DNA of 20,583 nucleotides from an uncultured Deferribacteres bacterium (GTDB lineage Bacteria; Zhuqueibacterota; Zhuqueibacteria; Zhuqueibacterales; Geothermadaptataceae), in NCBI GenBank assembly GCA_964014485.1, contig CAXHAT010000146.1, positions 1-20,583 of the forward strand, read 5' to 3'. Each line of letters starts with the position of its first letter. Positions within the stretch are counted from its first letter, which is position 1. Below, piece after piece: positions 16,671 to 20,583 of this stretch. The notes beneath the pieces are model-generated. The model made no database searches and had not been told where the DNA came from. It was given only the letters and a program-made list of their open reading frames with translations. A program made the position numbers and the translations under genes.

Positions 16671-16965
16671 AACCGAAAGGGATAACCCAAATCAAAAAGC
16701 GCAATTTTCAGGCAGAAAATATTCGTTAGAAATCAGTTTATCTCATACCATAATTTGCGCCAAATTTCGCGCCCGAATTACTCGGAATTTACAAGAGAAA
16801 CAACGTTTTCAACGCAAATCAAATCAATGAAGGTATATTTGTCATACACGTTTCCGACTTTTAACGGAAACTATGGGGAACGGCGGCTCTTCCAAAAAAT
16901 TGATGTTGTTTCGCTCAGGATGTGCGATCAGATCGTTTGCAGAGGCGCTTTTAAGAGACAAATTC

Positions 16966-18036
16966 ATGGATGAATATAACGACATTGCCGTCTCCGAAGT
17001 CCCAATAATTGCCACGTTGCGCATCGAGGCAAATCTGGGCAGCGGAGAAATCATAACGCCGGATCTGGGGGCGACGCTTTTAAGCAGTCAGCAAGGAGAG
17101 TCGACCGTTTTGGAAGACGGCGTCGCTCTGTACGACAAAATGCTGCTGCGCGTCGGTAGAGCCCGCAATAACGACCTCATCCTCGACATCGCCAACGTCT
17201 CTCGTTTCCACGCTGTGTTTACCACCTCCCACAACGGCATTGTTTTAAGCGATCTCTCAAGCAAAAACGGCACTTTTGTCAACGGCAAACGCATTTCAAC
17301 GCCGGTTGGCCTGATGAACGGCGATGCGATTGACATTGGCCCGGCGCGCATTCGCGTCAAGCTCAATTTTGGCGATCCCCTGGAAACGGAAACGCGCTTG
17401 CAAGCGACGCAGGTGGATCACATGGAGCAAGGCATCGTGACCGTTTTCGTCGCCGATATTCGCAATTACACCACGCTTTCCGAAGCGCTTCCCGCCGTGG
17501 AAATCGCCGAAATGCTCAACATTTGGTTCGACAGCGCGACTGAGATTATCCAGCATTACGGGGGCGAGGTCGACAAATATATCGGCGATTGCGTGATGGC
17601 GATTTGGCACAGCACGGATGAAGAGGAAGCCGCTGAAAGGGCGTGTAACGCGGTAAAAGCCGCGCTTGAAATTCGAGAAGCGACGGACGAGCTTTCCGGG
17701 AGCAGCCATTGGGCCTATCGTGACAAATTTCCTTGGCAATGCCGAGCGACCCTGAGCACGGGGAATGCGCTTGTCGGCGCTGTGAGCGGACGCGGCGTTC
17801 GAGATTTCACCGTATTGGGCGACGCCGTCAATGTCGCCTTCCGATTAGACAAAGTCGGGAGCCAACTGGGCAAGAATTTCGTCTTTAATGAAGAAACGGC
17901 TCGCTACATTAAAGACGAGTATGAACTTGAAGATCTTGGGGAAGTGGAAGTCAAAGGCAAGGTGGAAAAAGTCGGCGTTTTTACCTTAAAATCCGATGAC
18001 GCGGAGGAAGAAACGCGCAGTTCGTCATCGCCGTAA
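16966..18036 (+). CDS. FHA domain-containing class III adenylate/guanylate cyclase
   Basis: FHA motifs RVGR...ND, VSRFHA and DLSSKNGTFVNG. Cyclase motifs VADIRNYT, KYIGDCVMA and FTVLGDAVNVAFRL. Start placed at ATG 16966; 16873 is an alternative. Confidence 0.92.
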   Translation: MDEYNDIAVSEVPIIATLRIEANLGSGEIITPDLGATLLSSQQGESTVLEDGVALYDKMLLRVGRARNNDLILDIANVSRFHAVFTTSHNGIVLSDLSSKNGTFVNGKRISTPVGLMNGDAIDIGPARIRVKLNFGDPLETETRLQATQVDHMEQGIVTVFVADIRNYTTLSEALPAVEIAEMLNIWFDSATEIIQHYGGEVDKYIGDCVMAIWHSTDEEEAAERACNAVKAALEIREATDELSGSSHWAYRDKFPWQCRATLSTGNALVGAVSGRGVRDFTVLGDAVNVAFRLDKVGSQLGKNFVFNEETARYIKDEYELEDLGEVEVKGKVEKVGVFTLKSDDAEEETRSSSSP

Positions 18037-18139
18037 ACCACCGTTTCCCTCAAAGTTTCTCGCCTGTCGCCATGTGATGATTTGTAATCATGACCTCCTG
18101 ATTCAAACTTACCGCTACATTTTCTCGGCAACATTTTCT

Positions 18140-18167
18140 TTGACCCGCCGCTCCATTTCAATATCTT
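18140..18167 (+). promoter_or_regulatory. Possible sigma70 promoter for the three-gene hypothetical operon
   Basis: TTGACC (18140-18145), 16-bp spacer, TATCTT (18162-18167). Confidence 0.35.
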
Positions 18168-18220
18168 TTGAATAATTCTCTTCCGCAGTTTTGGTTCAAC
18201 TCGAAAAATCGTACCCCTAA

Positions 18221-18430
18221 ATGTTAAATTTCGATTGGCTGTCCGGAATTTCTCTCTCAGCAGCGAAGGGCGTCATCATTGGGCTGTTTGTTTTGATCGG
18301 CGTACTCGTTTTTCTCTTGAAGAATGACTATATCGTTCGTGGCGTCGAGCGCCCGACATGGCGGCATAATTTAAAATTGTGGGCAATTGGCGTTCTCGGG
18401 ATCATCGCACTCACCTATCTTGCGTTTTAG
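18221..18430 (+). CDS. Small hypothetical membrane protein (2 TM)
   Basis: 69 aa with two hydrophobic helices separated by DYIVRGVERPTWRHNLKLW; 1 bp from the next ATG. Confidence 0.75.
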   Translation: MLNFDWLSGISLSAAKGVIIGLFVLIGVLVFLLKNDYIVRGVERPTWRHNLKLWAIGVLGIIALTYLAF

Positions 18431-18431
18431 C

Positions 18432-18635
18432 ATGGCAGAACAACAAATCAATATTTCAGCGCAAATCAATCGCGCCCTCGGCGTTTTCCTGTTCTTTTTT
18501 GGAATCGTTGTCGTCATCGCAACATTTTTCACCGCGACTTTTGCGGGCAAGATGACCAACCTTGTTTCGGGGCTTCTGTTCGTTATCATCGGCGGGCTTA
18601 TGATTTGGCGTAATCGCCGTCAAATGAGCGCTTAG
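18432..18635 (+). CDS. Small hypothetical membrane protein (2 TM)
   Basis: ATG 18432 immediately follows the upstream TAG. 67 aa with two hydrophobic helices and a basic C-terminal tail. Confidence 0.75.
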   Translation: MAEQQINISAQINRALGVFLFFFGIVVVIATFFTATFAGKMTNLVSGLLFVIIGGLMIWRNRRQMSA

Positions 18636-18643
18636 CAAAATCC

Positions 18644-19177
18644 GTGTTCATTCAGCCCCTCATTTCGCGTCCGAGAGCGCGCACCGAACTCACGGTAAAA
18701 CGCACATTTCGCAAACTGCTCGTTCCATCCAAAATTGAGCTCATTTACGCACCCTACCTCCTTTTTGAAGCCGTCGGGCAGGACTCCGACGCGAACAATG
18801 AACTTTTTGCCCTTGACCTTTTGGACGGCGACATAGCTTATTTTTCCGAGAATGCGCCTAACGCCGCTTCTCCTGAAAGCGCAATCGCCCTGCCGCCGCT
18901 GCTTGATGAAAACGAAGTCATTGAAAAAGCGCGAAAAGCATTTTCGAGAATCACGCATCAGGCCAGCCTTCGAAGAGGCGCGGATATCGGCTTCCGCAGC
19001 CTTCAAAAAAGAGAGCGATTTTTCTATCCTTACTGGGCGGGATATTTTGAGGTGAAGAAAAATGTCGAAATCAGGTGCATCGACGCGATAAACGGAGCGC
19101 GCGTAGGCCCGCAAATGAAAGCTGCTATTGTCCGCGCATTGGTCGTCATGGACAAACGCAAAGACGCTTCCGGTTAG
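18644..19177 (+). CDS. Hypothetical soluble protein
   Basis: 177-aa ORF with GTG start, 8 bp after the previous stop. Repeated aromatic motifs ELIYAPYLLF and RFFYPYWAGYF, each followed by (L/I)D..nG. Confidence 0.7.
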   Translation: MFIQPLISRPRARTELTVKRTFRKLLVPSKIELIYAPYLLFEAVGQDSDANNELFALDLLDGDIAYFSENAPNAASPESAIALPPLLDENEVIEKARKAFSRITHQASLRRGADIGFRSLQKRERFFYPYWAGYFEVKKNVEIRCIDAINGARVGPQMKAAIVRALVVMDKRKDASG

Positions 19178-19196
19178 TTTTGCGCAGTTCCCAATT

Positions 19197-20393
19197 TTAA
19201 CGGTTCAGAAAACGCGCTTCTTCTTCTTGTTGGGTTTCATCGGTTAAACGCCGCCAGCGAAAGCGCGCCAGCCATTTATCGTCGCCGCCCTCAGCCGCCG
19301 TTGCGATGAGTTTGCCGATCTCCGGGCCCATTTTCAGACCGTGCCCGCTCCCCCCGGCCCCGATGGTCAGGTTTTTAATATCAGGATGGCTGTCAATCCA
19401 AAAGTGCCCGTCCAGCGTGTCCGCGTAAACACAGCGGCGTGTAAAAACGATAGGATCATTCGCTAGCGCAGGGATGGTCTCGCGCAAGAAGGCGCGGAAT
19501 TTCTGCGTGTCTTCCTCCGTGACAACGCGTTCGTCCTTCTCTGGATGAAGCCGGAGTCCGACGCCGTGATTCGCAATTTTGACCACGCCTTCGCGCGGGT
19601 GCAACGGAAAGCCGTACCACCCCGACCTTGAAATATCTCCAGCAAAAACGGCAAAGTTCGGCGGCGTAAAAAGTTCAGGCTGCGACGGTTTGACATGAAA
19701 GACAGGATGTCCGCTGGCTTGAAAATAAGGTTTTAACTCTGGCACAAGATAAGGCGTGTATGGTCCCGCACAGACAACAAAATTTCCCGCTTCAAAGCGT
19801 TCACCCTCACGGGTTTTTACACAACTGATTTTGCCGTTTTCGCGCACCAATTCATCGGCCGTTTGCCGCTCATAAACTTCGACGCCGAGTTGCCGGGCGT
19901 AATTGACCAGCGCCGTGACGGACCGCGACGCTTCTGTAAAACCGGCGCGAGCATGGTAAAAGCCGTCGACGTAATCAGCGTCTTTGAAGGCGGGAAATCG
20001 CTTCTGAATTGTTTCTGCGTCCAGTCTCTCAGGCTTGAAGCTGCGCTTCAGCAAGTTTCTGTAACTTGCCCCTTCGTACGATTCTTCGTCTGCGTCCAAC
20101 GGCTGCTTACAAACCAGCAAGTAGCCGATCTCATGGTAGAGCGTGTCATTAAACAATTCATTCCATGCCTTCCACCCGTCAATGCATTTGTTGGCCATCT
20201 CCATGTAAAATGTGTCCGTGCCATATTCCATGCGCACGACCTTGCTGATGTCGGTCGAAGCCGCGAGCGGGTGCGGAATTTGGTCTGGATTGATGATCAT
20301 AACGGTATGTTGACGTTTGCGGAGTTCAATCGCCGTTGCCACGCCAAAAATCCCCGCGCCAATAATCAGAAAATCCGGTTTTCGTGTTTGCAA
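19197..20393 (-). CDS. FAD-dependent oxidoreductase, monomeric sarcosine oxidase / fructosyl-amine oxidase family
   Basis: IIGAGIFG, ASTDISKVVRMEYG, GWYGFP, RCVYADTLDGHFWID and SGHGLKMGP. TTG start at 20393 chosen for the upstream GAGAGG; 20423 is an alternative. Confidence 0.9.
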   Translation of the reverse strand: MQTRKPDFLIIGAGIFGVATAIELRKRQHTVMIINPDQIPHPLAASTDISKVVRMEYGTDTFYMEMANKCIDGWKAWNELFNDTLYHEIGYLLVCKQPLDADEESYEGASYRNLLKRSFKPERLDAETIQKRFPAFKDADYVDGFYHARAGFTEASRSVTALVNYARQLGVEVYERQTADELVRENGKISCVKTREGERFEAGNFVVCAGPYTPYLVPELKPYFQASGHPVFHVKPSQPELFTPPNFAVFAGDISRSGWYGFPLHPREGVVKIANHGVGLRLHPEKDERVVTEEDTQKFRAFLRETIPALANDPIVFTRRCVYADTLDGHFWIDSHPDIKNLTIGAGGSGHGLKMGPEIGKLIATAAEGGDDKWLARFRWRRLTDETQQEEEARFLNR

Positions 20394-20479
20394 GTCTCGC
20401 CTCTCTTCTAATTGATTATTCAACTGATGTTACGCACGCCGATGCATAGCCTGTTGCTCAGACTTGAACATGGTTTCAT

Positions 20480-20558
20480 TAGCACCGGGCTTGAGCCTGG
20501 TGACGCGCAAGGCGTTCATTTGCATCCCTTCCGCCGCGCTGGCGCGGCGGAAGGGATG
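20480..20558. repeat. REP-like hairpin plus 17-bp perfect GC-rich stem (possible REPIN, truncated at window end)
   Basis: TAGCACCGGGCTTGAGCCTGGTG (20480-20502) and CATCCCTTCCGCCGCGC-TG-GCGCGGCGGAAGGGATG (20523-20558). Confidence 0.65.
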
Positions 20559-20583
20559 GGCGTCTTCAAAAATCTCCGCTCTG

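Overview
Bacterial chromosomal window with 17 CDSs I can support. The gene mix and an HEXXH-type M49 peptidase suggest a KSB1/Calditrichota-like organism, but that is inference. Left to right: an FAH-family dehydratase and a UxuB-like SDR converge on a GH43 beta-xylosidase and GPH sugar symporter. Then come a nitrilase-family amidase, a divergent ybbA-like ABC ATPase/TesA-like esterase pair lacking the usual permease, a SpoIID/LytB lipoprotein, a DUF151 nuclease, an M49 peptidase lipoprotein and a 1018-aa FAD/Fe-S oxidoreductase. The right end holds a DinB-fold protein, an FHA-adenylate cyclase, three small hypothetical genes and a sarcosine/fructosyl-amine oxidase-like flavoprotein. No transposase, rRNA, tRNA or CRISPR array was found. 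The unusual content is non-coding: at least six families of short palindromic repeats (REP/REPIN/MITE-like). One ~110-bp family occurs twice. One copy is an in-frame 120-bp (40-codon) insert inside the FAD/Fe-S oxidoreductase. The other lies upstream of, and in frame with, the SpoIID gene, where a repeat fragment appears to supply the start codon. This resembles Rickettsia palindromic elements. A 215-bp MITE-like element with 20-bp terminal inverted repeats, a 7-bp flanking duplication and four nested REP-like hairpins is also present.
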